NCBI GenBank assembly: GCA_002269645.1
Contig: NIVC01002897.1
Coordinates: forward strand, 62,001-126,000
Source: Macrostomum lignano
Taxonomy: Eukaryota
DNA length: 64,000 bases
Reading direction: 5' to 3'
A program made the translations under genes and the position numbers. Positions 38,815-51,425 of the stretch are shown here, piece by piece. Positions within the stretch are counted from its first letter, which is position 1. Each line of letters begins with the position of its first letter. Under the pieces are notes generated by a model. The model saw only the letters and a program-made list of their open reading frames with translations, ran no database searches and was not told the DNA's origin.

Positions 38815-39093
38815 GTGCTGCAGCCTCACAATTGCAGACATGGATTGCATCGGCAAAACCAACTTGACCAGCATCATCAACAACAGCAGCTGCAGCAGCA
38901 GCAGGAGCAGTGTCTGCTAACACCGAATCCAGATCAGGACAATTACAATGACAATTGCGATGAGATCAGCAATGACGCTGCAGGGTTGGAAGCTGTACCG
39001 CTCTGCTGTAGCGGCACTCGACCTTCGCCTACTGAGTTGGAAACTCGAATAGACTCAGATGATATATCGTCACACAAAGAAACTGTTGTCTAA
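38815..39093 (+). CDS. GPCR exon 3 (putative; Q/H-rich C-tail)
   Basis: Acceptor CACCAG|GTG is in phase 0, with an open polyQ frame to TAA. The alternative is read-through of exon 2 to a stop at 38613 within SINE-derived sequence. Confidence 0.62.
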   Translation: MLQPHNCRHGLHRQNQLDQHHQQQQLQQQQEQCLLTPNPDQDNYNDNCDEISNDAAGLEAVPLCCSGTRPSPTELETRIDSDDISSHKETVV

Positions 39094-39164
39094 GCTGTGC
39101 TCAACTATACTGTTACTATAATGTGGAAGAATTCCGAGAATTGAATTTAAGACACGGCCAGCTA

Positions 39165-40752
39165 TATTCAACCCCAAGGACTACTCAACCCCAAGGACTA
39201 CTCAACCCCAAAGACTACTCAACCCCAAGGACTACTCAATCCCAAGGACTACTCAACCCCAAAGACTACTCAACCCCAAGGACTACTCAATCCCAAGGAC
39301 TACTCAACCCCAAGGACTACTCAACCCCAAAGACTACTCAACCCCAAGGACTACTCAACCCCAAGGACTACTCAACCCCAAAGACTACTCAACCCCAAAG
39401 ACTACTCAACCCCAAGGACTACTCAACCCCAAGGACTACTCAACCCCAAAGACTACTCAATCCCAAGGACTACTCAACCCCAAAGACTACTCAATCCCAA
39501 GGACTACTCAACCCCAAAGACTACTCAACCCCAAAGACTACTCAACCCCAAAGACTACTCAACCCCAAAGACTACTCAACCCCAAGGACTACTCAATCCC
39601 AAGGACTACTCAACCCCAAGGACTACTCAACCCCAAGGACTACTCAACCCCAAGGACTACTCAACCCCAAAGACTACTCAACCCCAAAGACTACTCAACC
39701 CCAAGGACTACTCAACCCCAAGGACTACTCAACCCCAAAGACTACTCAATCCCAAGGACTACTCAACCCCAAAGACTACTCAACCCCAAAGACTACTCAA
39801 CCCCAAAGACTACTCAACCCCAAAGACTACTCAACCCCAAGGACTACTCAATCCCAAGGACTACTCAACCCCAAGGACTACTCAACCCCAAAGACGACTC
39901 AACCCCAAGGACTACTCAACCCCAAAGACTACTCAACCCCAAGGTCTACTCAACCCCAAAGACTACTCAACCCCAAGGACTACTCAATCCCAATGACTAC
40001 TCAACCCCAAGGACTACTCAACCCCAAAGACTACTCAACCCCAAGGTCTACTCAACCCCAAGGACTACTCAATCCCAATGACTACTCAACCCCAAGGACG
40101 ACTCAACCCCAAGGACTACTCAACCCCAAGGACTACTCAACCCCAAAGACTACTCAACCCCAAAGACTACTCAACCCCAAAGACTACTCAACCCCAAGGA
40201 CTACTCAACCCCAAGGACTACTCAACCCCAAGGACTACTCAACCCCAAAGACTACTCAACCCCAAAGACTACTCAACCCCAAGGACTACTCAACCCCAAA
40301 GACTACTCAACCCCAAGGTCTACTCAACCCCAAAGACTACTCAACCCCAAAGACTACTCAACCCCAAGGACTACTCAATCCCAAGGACTACTCAACCCCA
40401 AGGACTACTCAACCCCAAGGACTACTCAACCCCAAGGACTACTCAACCCCAAGGACTACTCAACCCCAAGGACTACTCAACCCCAAAGACTACTCAACCC
40501 CAAGGACTACTCAACCCCAAGGACTACTCAACCCCAAAGACTACTCAATCCCAAGGACTACTCAACCCCAAAGACTACTCAATCCCAAGGACTACTCAAC
40601 CCCAAAGACTACTCAACCCCAAAGACTACTCAACCCCAAGGACTACTCAATCCCAAGGACTACTCAACCCCAAGGACTACTCAACCCCAAGGACTACTCA
40701 ACCCCAAGGACTACTCAACCCCAAGGACTACTCAACCCCAAGGACTACTCAA
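39165..40752. repeat. 17-bp minisatellite (ACTACTCAACCCCAAGG)
   Basis: CTACTC at 39181 and 39198; begins about 70 bp after the GPCR stop. Confidence 0.97.
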
Positions 40753-42341
40753 GTAGAAGGATAGAAGGAAACCTCGTTTCTAAAAAATTTTAGGAGACAG
40801 GTTTTCACCGAAGAATACACTACGGAGATAGGAAGTTTTTTTTTCCATTTTTTTCAGCACAAAAACTGCTATTGCTTTTGATAGGAGGCAGATCCAGTGT
40901 GCATCTTTTGATATGTTGTGCCTTTCTTATGGCTCTATGGATATAAATAAAGATTCTATGCTTATACTTTATATTCTACGTACATTCCCTGTAATAAAAA
41001 TCACAGCTCAATTCACTGGTTCAATCGAATCTATTATACCATTTTCTGTTGCATACATTGTTACAGAGTCAGCTAAGAATGATAAAATAGATTCATAGAA
41101 CCAATGAGCCGAGCCGTGCCATAGTTTAATGGTTTTTAGGTACAGGAAATGTACAGTTCTACGTAGAATAAAAATTAACAAAGAATCCTAATTGTCTGCA
41201 TGAAAAGCTTATAGTAATACTAATAATAAATATTTTATCTGCTTCCTATCGAAAGCAATAACAATTTTTGTGCTGAATAAACGATTGTCTATGGCTTAAA
41301 CTCAATGCTTTGCCTGTGCCTGAGCCACAGACCATAGATGAAGTTTTGACCATGGACGAAAGTGGAAACGATTGGCTGTGTCTTAAAATTAATGCTGGGA
41401 ATTCCTAAATAAAACTAAAAATAAGGCTATTTAGAGCTAGTAGTGACCCCGAAGCACTCTTAGGTAGCTTACCCACCAGCAATTCAATGATTAATGATAG
41501 GTCGCTTGCGTGCAGCAAAATATTTGGCACAAAATATTAATGCAACTCATTCCTTCCCACTATAATCTAGTAGATGGTCGGATATAAGACCAAACGTAAC
41601 CTTATATACACGTATATGTAATCATGGATTCGGCAACCCGGTTGAAAATATATACCAATATTAATTGACTTTGTAAATATGCATTCTCGTTGTGCAGGTT
41701 ATATATTTATTATAATAGTTGATCAAATCAACCAATATTTTAGTTTAGTTCCTAAAAATGCACAAATTTCATGCTCACAAGGTTGAAAAATTGCCTATTA
41801 AGTTACATAGCTAGTTTGTAAGTCAATAGCGCGGACACAGATAATTTCTCGTAGTTGTAGCAGTATTATCAATATTTTATTTCCAATGCACCAATGTGTA
41901 ACGCAGTTCGTTATTTACACTTGAATAATTCAACATGAAATTATTGCAATAAATTTATGTTTAGCAGTAGGGGTAAGCAGATGCTCGTTCTGGAATCTGT
42001 GAAATCCAAAAAAAGTTCAAAATTCCACTTTGCTCAGCTGATTTTGGCTTCCTGACTTTTCGTGTTTTGTTTTTTCAGCAAGCCTCACAAATTCAAATAC
42101 CCCGCTTAAATTCCCTCAACCTTCCCCTTTTAAATCGTTTGTGTTTCAGATACTAGCTATAGTATATCCTTACTTTTGTTGACGATTTTAAAAATAAGAA
42201 CTAAAAAGTTTAATGGTCTTCGGCCGTCTGTGCATCGGGGAAGGGGGCTCCGTGACCCATGACCTTCCTTTGTCGGACTAATGTATTTAATATTTCGTCG
42301 TGTACTAATCATGTCAATGTATTTTGAAACCTTATAACTTT

Positions 42342-42637
42342 GATTACACCTGCCCTAATGGCCAGATGTGCAACCGACAGCTCAGCCGCAGCTATTGCGC
42401 GGCGCATCTGAAGGCTGCGTACGGCTGTTCAGTCCAAGGACTGGGGGGTCGCCACACACCCTCAATTACCCCAGCTAATGCTGGCACCCAGTTTACAGCT
42501 GGGTGAACTGAGGCAATGCAGAGTTTAGTGAGTGTCTTGCTCAAAAACAGTTAAAATTGTTCCGAGTGGGTCGAGAATCGAACCCCCGACCTTTTAGCCG
42601 CGAGTCCGACGCCCTAACCACTAAGGCTACAGACCCC
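42342..42637 (-). mobile_element. SINE copy 3 (near full length)
   Basis: High similarity to 32948..33244 across head, CORE-like region and tail; CpGs retained. Confidence 0.87.
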
Positions 42638-43309
42638 TTGATGAATAATGAATAAGTTTTGCGCAGACTTGAAGGTAAGCACACACGCAGGCCATTCTAA
42701 AGCAGAACACGTTGGCTGCATCCTTAAAAAATGGGTTCAAGTTATACCTGGCCAGAGGAAATTGGATTGGAAAGTTATAGACATTGCAGTAGCAAATAAT
42801 AACTATGTTTTACAAAATCTCAGCCGTATAGCAATTGCCGCGTTCTTTCCGGGCTGGCAGGGTAGCAGGGCAGGAAGTACAGTTCGGGCTCGTAAATTTC
42901 TAACTGCTAATCGAGCAAATCTACGGCTCGTGTGTCGATCTCCATAAGGTCTTGTCGATGCACACCTATCAATCATTTCAACTTTATCTGCAGCTACAAA
43001 ATATATAGATTATAGCAATATGCAGCATATAGCGATGCAGCATGCCACGTATTCCCTAAAGTTCTCATAATTGGCCACAATCGATGATCGGGCCGCTAAA
43101 TCCCCAGGCAAAACTAATAGAATTACGCGTACATGTAGTATTGTTGGTTTTGTCAATAAAGTTTATGAATTAAGTCAATCAAGAAGCAAGTGTTCAGAAT
43201 CCCCATTTACTGCCATTAAACTGTAATCAACCAGTTCTAAGCTTATCAAGCAGATAATTCCATTAAAAATCAGCACCAGGAAATATCAAGACTGTGGGAG
43301 ACTGCAAGC

Positions 43310-44070
43310 TTGATTAACTTTATTGTCTATAGCCGAGTGCAGTTCTGTGGCGTCAGTGGCTTTGATTGGCTTTATTGTCTATGGCCGAGTGCAGTTCTGT
43401 GGCGTCAGTGGTTTGATTGGCTTTATTGTCTATGGCCGAGTGCAGTTCTGTGGCGTCAGTGGTTTGATTGGCTTTATTGTCTATGGCCGAGTGCAGTTCT
43501 GTGGCGTCAGTGGTTTGATTGGCTTTATTGTCTATGGCCGAGTGCAGTTCTGTGGCAGTGGCTTTGATTGGCTTTATTGTCTATGGCCGAGTGCAGTTCT
43601 GAGCGTCAGTGGCTTTTATTGGCTTTATTGTCTATGGCCGAGTGCAGTTCTGTGGCAGTGTGGCTTTGATTGGCTTTATTGTCTATGGCCGAGTGCAGTT
43701 CTGTGGCAGTGTGGCTTTGATTGGCTCTATTGTCTATGGCCGAGTGCAGTTCTGTGGCAGTGTGGCTTTGATTGGCTCTATTGTCTATGGCCGAGTGCAG
43801 TTCTGTGGCAGTGTGGCTTTGATTGGCTTTATTGTCTATGGCCGAGTGCAGTTCTGAGCGTCAGTGGTTTTTATTGGCTTTATTGTCTATGGCCGAGTGC
43901 AGTTCTGTGGCAGTGTGGCTTTGATTGGCTTTATTGTCTATGGCCGAGTGCAGTTCTGTGGCAGTGTGGCTTTATTGTCTATGGCCGAGTGTAGTTCTGT
44001 GACGTCAGTGCATGGCCTTGATTGGCGTTATTGTCTATGGCCGAGTGTAGCTCTGGCAGTGGCTTTATTG
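43310..44070. repeat. ~48-51 bp minisatellite (TTGATTGGCTTTATTGTCTATGGCCGAGTGCAGTTCTGTGGC...)
   Basis: TTGATTGG at 43362 and 43413; no unique spacers. Confidence 0.93.
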
Positions 44071-44921
44071 TCTTATCAAATTTATTTCATTTGCACAAAG
44101 TGAATGCGGGGGGGGGGGCAGCTGTCCCCTTGCTTATACCAGCTATGATTATACCTTAACTACAATTGGGGAGTAATCCAGGGGAGGTCAGGGGGTTAAG
44201 CTACGAGCTCGTACATGCCCTCTTAGTGAAAACAAGGGTTGTCTTTTACCAGAGCCAATTGTCCATCTTGAAAAATGAGCCTTTAATTGTTAAAAGTGTC
44301 TCAAATTTGAAGTATAGTGTAAGCTTGTAGGAGCGATCTGGTCCCACCCATGTAAGATCAGGTAACAGTACTTTGTCTGAAAGTCTTCGAAATCCCTACG
44401 ATCGCGAAAGAACCGCATGCAGAAAAAGCGAACGAGTGCTCGCGCAAAAAAGACAGATATAAATTTATTTGCGTGTCAACTCGACCTTCGAATGGATTTG
44501 AATCGAACGCGGGGTCCAATCGTCACAAACCCCCATACAAGCATTGATACAGAGATGAATCCTCAAAGCGTTAATGTATCGGTTTTTCCCGGCTCTTTAT
44601 TTCTTTCCTTCTTTGCACACGGTATTGCTAAGGAAATGACGAAATAAAAATCCCCTCCGACAACCCCCTAGCCCTTCCAGTGGCCGTCAAGCAGCGGACA
44701 GAGGATTAAAGATAATGCTCGTAAAGTACAACAACATGCTGAAAGACGAACCGAATGAAGCATTTTGTGCCTGGCTGCTCGCGGAAATGGGAATTTCCAA
44801 GATTTGGATGGCTTTATATATAAAGTCGTGTTATGTAACAGAACGCTCTGAACAAAATCTCGGTTTTATAATGATCAAGCTCTCACATGACCACCTGCCG
44901 TGTTTCTCAGACAGATTAATG

Positions 44922-45300
44922 CTGACCTGCTGAGTCACATGATGCTGATGGAGTTTGAGCAGCTGTGCTCAGTGTATCAATGCTGGCTGACCTGCTGAGT
45001 CACATGATGCTGATGGAGTTTGAGCAGCTGTGCTCAGTGTATCAATGCTGGCTGACCTGCTGAGTCACATGATGCTGATGGAGTTTGAGCAACTGTGCTT
45101 AGTGTATCAATGCTGGCTGACCTGCTGAGTCACATGATGCTGATGGAGTTTGAGCAGCTGTGCTCAGTGTATCAATGCTGGCTGACCTGCTGAGTCACAT
45201 GATGCTGATGGAGTTTGAGCAACTGTGCTTAGTGTATCAATGCTGGCTGACCTGCTGAGTCACATGATGCTGATGGAGTTTGAGCAGCTGTGCTCAGTGT
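44922..45300. repeat. 65-bp minisatellite, about 6 copies
   Basis: GATGCTG at 44941, 45006 and 45071. Confidence 0.95.
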
Positions 45301-45798
45301 ACAAACCCAATACATGGAAATAAGCAAGACACAGCAAAGAACTGATCGTGAAAGAATACTGTTTAAAGTGAACTTTAATCGCTACATTTCAAGCATATTG
45401 GCAAGGCAAATTATACAAAACATGATTCATACATAATGCTGCATTTGATACAACAAACAAAATTAACAATCAATAACATGTTTACACAAGCGAGCAATTG
45501 TATAGACAGAAAAGCAACATACAGATAACTCAGATTCAAACGGGAATCGAACCCCTAGCTAACTAAATCCAAATAAAAAATCGACTCAAAATTTTTTATA
45601 CGAAATAGATGCGAGTTTTATCAGAAAAGTTTTTCCAATTTCATACTCGTAGAACAGACAGGCTAGTGCGTGGTTTTAATTAAATCCAAAGCATGCGAAA
45701 TAACAGCATTTATACAAAATGGTCGAACAAAATGGTAGGATAATCAATTAGTGCTTAGACAAATAAGAGTAAGTAAATAAAGCAAGTTAAAGTCCTGC

Positions 45799-46077
45799 TC
45801 AGTTGTACTTTTGTCCGCCAACGCCAAAGTTGGGTTGCTGGCCGAATCGATTCTGTTGGAATCTTTTCTGCTGCTGACTTGAATGCGCCGGTTGTAAAAA
45901 GCCTTGCTGCTGCTGCTGCTGATGATGGTGGTGGTGGTGGTCAGGATGCTGCGCCGGAATCTGCATCCGGCCTCGCTTGGCTGCTGGCTCGCCCGACATC
46001 ATCGAGGAAGACTGCTGCTGGGAGGAGATCTGCGACATTCCACTGCTGCCTGCCTGCCCTGCCTGCAGGTGCTGCTG
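45799..46077 (-). CDS. CDK8: CDK8 exon 4 (Q/H-rich C-terminal tail, stop)
   Basis: Acceptor CCCGCAG|CAG CAG (tandem NAG, phase 0). QQHLQAG...EPAAKRGRM...QQQQ resembles the low-complexity CDK8 tail. Confidence 0.75.
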   Translation of the reverse strand, partial: QQHLQAGQAGSSGMSQISSQQQSSSMMSGEPAAKRGRMQIPAQHPDHHHHHHQQQQQQGFLQPAHSSQQQKRFQQNRFGQQPNFGVGGQKYN

Positions 46078-46096
46078 CTGCGGGTTCAGGGTGGGG

Positions 46097-46970
46097 ATCC
46101 TTCAGTGCCTGCTGCCATTGCCCTCAGATCCTTCAGTGCCTGCTGCCATCGCCCTCAGATCCTTCAGTGCCTGCTGCCATCGCCCTCAGATCCTTCAGTG
46201 CCTGCTGCCATTGCCCTCAGATCCTTCAGTGCCTGCTGCCATTGCCCTCAGATCCTTCAGTGCCTGCTGCCATTGCCCTCAGATCCTTCAGTGCCTGCTG
46301 CCATTGCCCTCAGATCCTTCAGTGCCTGCTGCCATTGCCCTCAGATCCTTCAGTGCCTGCTGCCACTCCCCTCAGATCCTTCAGTGCCTGCTGCCATTGC
46401 CCTCAGATCCTTCAGTGCCTGCTGCCATTGCCCTCAGATCCTTCAGTGCCTGCTGCCCCTCCCCTCAGATCCTTCAGTGCCTGCTGCCCCTCCCCTCAGA
46501 TCCTTCAGTGCCTGCTGCCCCCCCCCTCAGATCCTTCAGTGCCTGCTGCCATTGCCCTCAGATCCTTCAGTGCCTGCTGCCATTGCCCTCAGATCCTTCA
46601 GTGCCTGCTGCCACTCCCCTCAGATCCTTCAGTGCCTGCTGCCATTGCCCTCAGATCCTTCAGTGCCTGCTGCCCCTCCCCTCAGATCCTTCAGTGCCTG
46701 CTGCCTCTCCCCTCAGATCCTTCAGTGCCTGCTGCCCCTCCCCTCAGATCCTTCAGTGCCTGCTGCCCCTCCCCTCAGATCCTTCAGTGCCTGCTGCCTC
46801 TCCCCTCAGATCCTTCAGTGCCTGCTGCCCCTCCCCTCAGATCCTTCAGTGCCTGCTGCCCCTCCCCTCAGATCCTTCAGTGCCTGCTGCCTCTCCCCTC
46901 AGATCCTTCAGTGCCTGCTGCCCCTCCCCTCAGATCCTTCAGTGCCTGCTGCCCCTCCCCTCAGATCCTC
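46097..46970. repeat. 31-bp minisatellite (CAGATCCTTCAGTGCCTGCTGCCATTGCCCT) in CDK8 intron 3
   Basis: 31-bp period; contains TGA on the CDK8 sense strand. Confidence 0.95.
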
Positions 46971-47029
46971 CAGTTTCTGTTGCAACTCTCCTTCCTGGCA
47001 TCCCCACAAAACACGAGACGCAACCAAGA

Positions 47030-47281
47030 CAGCAATTCCCCAGCAACCAAGAAAGCAATTCCCCAGCAACCAAGACAACAATTCCCCAGCAACCAAGACA
47101 GCAATTCCCCACCAACCAAAACAGCAATTCCCCAGCAACCAAGACAGCAATTCCCCAGCAACCAAAACAGCAATTCCCCAGCAACCAAAACAGCAATTCC
47201 CCAGCAACCAAGACAGCAATTCCCCAGCAACCAAAACAGCAATTCCCCAGCAACCAAAACAGCAATTCCCCAGCAACCAAC
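47030..47281. repeat. 23-bp minisatellite (CAGCAATTCCCCAGCAACCAAAA) in CDK8 intron 3
   Basis: CAGCAATTCC at 47168 and 47191. Confidence 0.95.
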
Positions 47282-47561
47282 CCTCTGGAGCAGTTTCTCC
47301 TTGTCGTCCGCATCGTCATCGCTGATGAACTCGCGCTTGCTGTAGGGAATTTCCATGCCCTCGAAGACGTCATGAGACGGTTTCGGATCTTCGAGAAAGT
47401 ACCGATCTTCCATAGCGTCCTTGGCGGTGATCCGTTTCAACGGGTCCATTGTGAGCAGCTTGCTGAGCAGTTTAAACTCCACGGCATTGGAGGTGATGCC
47501 GTATTTTCGTTCCATGAAAGCTTCTAGGCTGCACTTGGCATAGTTGCCGCCTTTGAAGTTT
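47282..47561 (-). CDS. CDK8: CDK8 exon 3 (kinase subdomain XI)
   Basis: Acceptor AAACAG|A completes phase 2 (R-NFKGGNYAKCSLEAFMERK). LLSKLLTMDPLKRIT...YFLEDP...VFEGMEIPYSKREF matches CDK8. Donor AGG|GTTGGT. Confidence 0.9.
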
Positions 47562-47689
47562 CTGTTTGAAGATAATGCAATGTTTTTTTAATTAGTTTGC
47601 CACCCAAAGTATAAAGTCGAAAGTGCTCATAACAGTGCTCATTATTGAGTACGAATGTTTTCTTAAATTGCTTCTTTGTTGAATTGTAG

Positions 47690-48230
47690 ACTATTAGAAG
47701 GGAATTTAGAAACTGTAGACGGGAATTATGAATTAATTGAAGGCTAATTACGAATAAATGGAGAGGAATCGATCGAGGGGAATTACGAATCATTTGAAGA
47801 GAATAATGAATCAATTGAGGGAATCCCGAACGAATTGAAGCGAATTACGAATCGATTGAAAGGAATTATGAATCAATTAGGGGGATTATGAATGAATTGA
47901 GCGGAATTACGAATCGATTGGAGGGAATTACGAATCAATTAGAGGGGAATTACGAATCAACTGAGGGGAATTAAGAATGAATTGAGCGGAATTACGAATC
48001 GATTGGAGGGAATTACGAATCAATTAGAGGGGAATTACGAATCAATAGAGGGTAACCAGGAATGAAGGGGAATTACGAATGAATGAAGTGGAATTACGAA
48101 TGAATGAAGGGGAATTACGAATCAATTGAAGGGAATTACGAATGAATTGAAGGGAATTACGAATGAATTGCGGGGAATTACGAATTAATTGAAGGGAATA
48201 ACGAATGAAGTGAGGCGAATTACGAATATT
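47690..48230. repeat. Degenerate ~22-bp minisatellite (GGAATTACGAATCAATTGAAG) in CDK8 intron 2
   Basis: Recurrent GGAATTACGAAT core. Confidence 0.88.
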
Positions 48231-48274
48231 TATAGAAGAATTTTGAATTTGTTAAGACTAGCAGTGCTGCTCAC

Positions 48275-48657
48275 CGAGTCATCCGAGAGTACTCCGGCAT
48301 GTGAACAATATCACGCCAGTCCTGCTCCTTGGGATAGCCCATGACGCTGAATATCCTATCCAACTGATCGTGATGATACGGCTGACTAGTCTTAATATCC
48401 TCCTGTCGGCAATGGAAGATCGGCTCATAGGTGAGCAGCTCCGCCATGATGCAGCCGATGGCCCACAGGTCGATAGCTTTGGTGTAGTGCCTGGCCCCTA
48501 GCAACAGCTCCGGGGCTCGGTACCAGAATGTCACCACCACTGGATCCAGTTCGGCTAGAGGTTTCAGAGGCTGGTTAAATAGGCGGGCAAAGCCCATGTC
48601 GGCGATTTTCACCCGGCCTCGCTCGGGCCCGTTGCCCATCACCAGAATGTTGGCCGG
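48275..48657 (-). CDS. CDK8: CDK8 exon 2 (subdomains VIb-X)
   Basis: [58 protein letters not shown] includes the CDK8-diagnostic DMG motif. Acceptor CCACAG|CCG; donor CG|GTGAGC. Confidence 0.97.
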
Positions 48658-48769
48658 CTGTGGGAGCGGCAATGCGATGCAGCTGTTACTGGCTTGTGCT
48701 TGGGGCTTTCTGCTGTATATAATGGGGTCACGGGGTCCAAGGGGGTCAGAGCGGGGCTAAAAAGTGGAA

Positions 48770-49770
48770 GGGTCAGATGACACTGAAAGGGGACAGAGGG
48801 GGTCAGAGTGACACTAGAAGGGGACAGAGGGGGTCAGAGTGACACTAGAAGGGGACAGGGGGTCAGAGTGACACTAGAAGGGGACAGGGGTCGGAGTGAC
48901 ACTAAGAAAGTGGAAGGGTCAGAGTGACACTAAGAAAGTGGAAGGGTCAGAGTGACTCTAAAAAGGGGACAGGGGGTCAGAGCAATTCTAAAAAGGGGAC
49001 AGGGGGTCAGAGCGATTCTAAAAAGGGGACAGGGGTCAGAGTGACACTAAAAAGGGGACAGGGGGTCAGAGTGACACTAAAAAGGGGACAGAGGGGGTCA
49101 GAGTGACACTAGAAGGGGACAGGGGGTCAGAGTGACACTAAAAGGGGACAGAGGGGGTCAGAGTGACACTAGAAGGGGACAGGGGGTCAGAGTGACACTA
49201 AAAGGGGACAGAGGGGGTCAGAGTGACACTAGAAGGGGACAGGGGTCAGAGTGACACTAAGAAAGTGGAAGGGTCAGAGTGACACTAAGAAAGTGGAAGG
49301 GTCAGAGTGACACTAAGAAAGGGGACAGGGGGTCAGAGTGACACTTGAAGGGGACAGGGGGTCAGAGTGACACTAAGAAAGGGGACAGGGGGTCAGAGTG
49401 ACACTAAAAAGAGGACAAGGGGTCAGAGTGACACTAAAAAGAGGACAAGGGGTCAGAGTGACACTAAAAAGAGGAGGACAAGGGGTCAGAGTGACACTAG
49501 AAGGGGACAGGGGGTCAGAGTGACACTAGAAGGGGACAGGGGGGTCAGAGTGACACTTGAAGGGGACAGGGGGTCAGAGTGACACTAAAAAGAGGACAAG
49601 GGGTCAGAGTGACACTAAAAAGAGGACAAGGGGTCAGAGTGACACTAAAAAGAGGAGGACAAGGGGTCAGAGTGACACTAAAAAGAGGAGGACAAGGGGT
49701 CAGAGTGACACTAAAAAGAGGACAAGGGGTCAAGAGTGACACCAAAAAAGGATAGGATGTCAGAGTAGGA
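48770..49770. repeat. ~25-30 bp minisatellite (GGGGTCAGAGTGACACTA...GGGGACA) in CDK8 intron 1
   Basis: Recurrent GGTCAGAGTGACACT core. Confidence 0.93.
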
Positions 49771-50169
49771 TGGCCTAAAAATGCAAACAATGCTCAGTCA
49801 GTAATAAAATCTTTTTTTATACATTTCTATCACAGTCTTAAAAGCATTGTCAGTCTGTTCAAGTAACTATATAGTAGAAGTTTCGTCTTAATTTTATATC
49901 AATAAAAACTGGCAAAGAGGCGCAAGAGCTTCCTGAAAGCAGTGCAGCCATTTAACAAGCCTGCAAAGGATTAGATTAAAATCCTATTCCACTTCTACTT
50001 TGTAGGCTGCAAGAGCTGTTCGGGGTGATTGAAAACCAACGAAAGGATTAGATTATAATCCAGATAAAGACTCGATTGTCGATTAGAAAATCGAAAAGCT
50101 CTGATTCAAAGGGCTGGCTGAAACACAGAGCTGCTGGATTATTGGATTCTGCACAAATTCGAGCATAGC

Positions 50170-50715
50170 ACAGGGCTGCTGTACACACCTGTAGGGCTGC
50201 TGTACACCCTGTAGGGCTGTTGTACACCCTGTAGGGCTGCTGTACACCCTGTAGGGCTGCTGTACACTCTGTAGGGCTGCTGTACACCCTGTCAGGCTGC
50301 TGTACACCCTGTCAGGCTGCTGTACACCCTGTCAGGCTGCTGTACACTCTATCAGGCTGCTGTACACTCTGTCAGGCTGCTGTACACCCTGTAGGGCTGC
50401 TGTACACCATGTACGGCTACTGCACACTCTGTAGGGCTGCTGTACACCCCGTAGGGCTGCTGTACATACCTGTAGGGCTGCTGTACACCCTGTAGGGCTG
50501 CTGTACACACCTGTAGGGCTGCTGTACACCCTGTAGGGCTGTTGTACACACCTGTAGGGCTGCTGTACACCCCGTAGGGCTGCTGTACACCCTGTCAGGC
50601 TGCTATACACCCTGTAGGGCTGCTGTACACCCTGTAGGGCTGCTGTACACCCTGTAGGCTGCTGTACACCCTGTAGGGCTACTGTACACACCTGTAGGGC
50701 TGTACACCCCTGTAG
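50170..50715. repeat. ~20-22 bp minisatellite (CTGTAGGGCTGCTGTACACC) in CDK8 intron 1
   Basis: Tandem array ending about 45 bp from the exon 1 donor. Confidence 0.95.
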
Positions 50716-50762
50716 ACAACCCTTCAAAGCTACGGACAAATAAACAAATAGAGCAAGCTCAC

Positions 50763-51425
50763 CTTAAGATCCCGATGCAGCACCCAGTTGGAGTGCAAAT
50801 AGTGAATACCGTTGAGTATCTGATGCATCAAACTCTTAACCATATTTCGCGGCACAAACACCTTTGTTTTGCTAGCCTTAGCGGATCGGTGATGCTTGAT
50901 GATGTGCCAGAGGTCGTGCTCGGCGTAGTCGAACAGCAGCCACACCTTGCGAGTGTCGTGCGACAGAAACACACGCTGCAAAGCGATCACATTAGGGTGG
51001 CAGAGTTCGCGCAGCAGGGCAATTTCTCTGCAAGCTGACATGGACAGGCCGGAGCCTTCAATCTGCTTCAACGCGTACTCTTTCTGATCGTTTCCCGACT
51101 TCTTCTTGGACTTGAACACGTGACCGTAGGTGCCCCGGCCAACTTTGCAGCCTTCAAATTCGAATACGTCTTCAACTTTTTCGCGTTGTCGGCCAATTTC
51201 GCGACAGAAGTCGGCGTCAATCCAGGTGCGACCGCGGCTGGAGCTGGACACGCCAGACGGACCCGCTACTGAGGCGGCCGCGGCGGCGGCTGCTGCTGCG
51301 GCCTGAGCAGCTCGCGGAGACGGGCGGATGCCGGGGAGTGCATGGCGCCTGCGATTCGAGAGGGGGTGGGCGGTGTGAGGGGCGAGTGCAGCTGAGATAG
51401 TCCTGCTTGTAGCTGAGCTGACGTA
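50763..51425 (-). CDS. CDK8: CDK8 first identifiable coding exon (N-lobe to HRDLK); start codon unresolved
   Basis: IDADF...[22 protein letters not shown]...[15 protein letters not shown]...HRDLK|GTGAGC. The frame is open from the acceptor TAACAG| at 51425 with no in-frame ATG before the kinase domain, so the 5' boundary is inferred. Confidence 0.9.

Noticed and set aside
39123-40793. 556-aa ORF (QGLLNPKDYSTPRTTQ repeats)
   Set aside because: Translation of a stop-free 17-bp minisatellite cycling through all three frames.
43310-45300. CRISPR-like appearance of the 51-bp and 65-bp arrays
   Set aside because: Units are contiguous with no unique spacers, there are no cas genes, and the DNA is eukaryotic.
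46961-47030. Possible micro-exon (EGELQQKLEDLR) between the two arrays in CDK8 intron 3
   Set aside because: The acceptor has a poor pyrimidine tract and no GT donor follows before a stop.
45879-47527. Three overlapping ~480-516 aa plus-strand Cys/Pro-rich ORFs
   Set aside because: They are antisense to CDK8 exons 3-4 and the repeat-filled intron; all three frames are open because of the repeat units.
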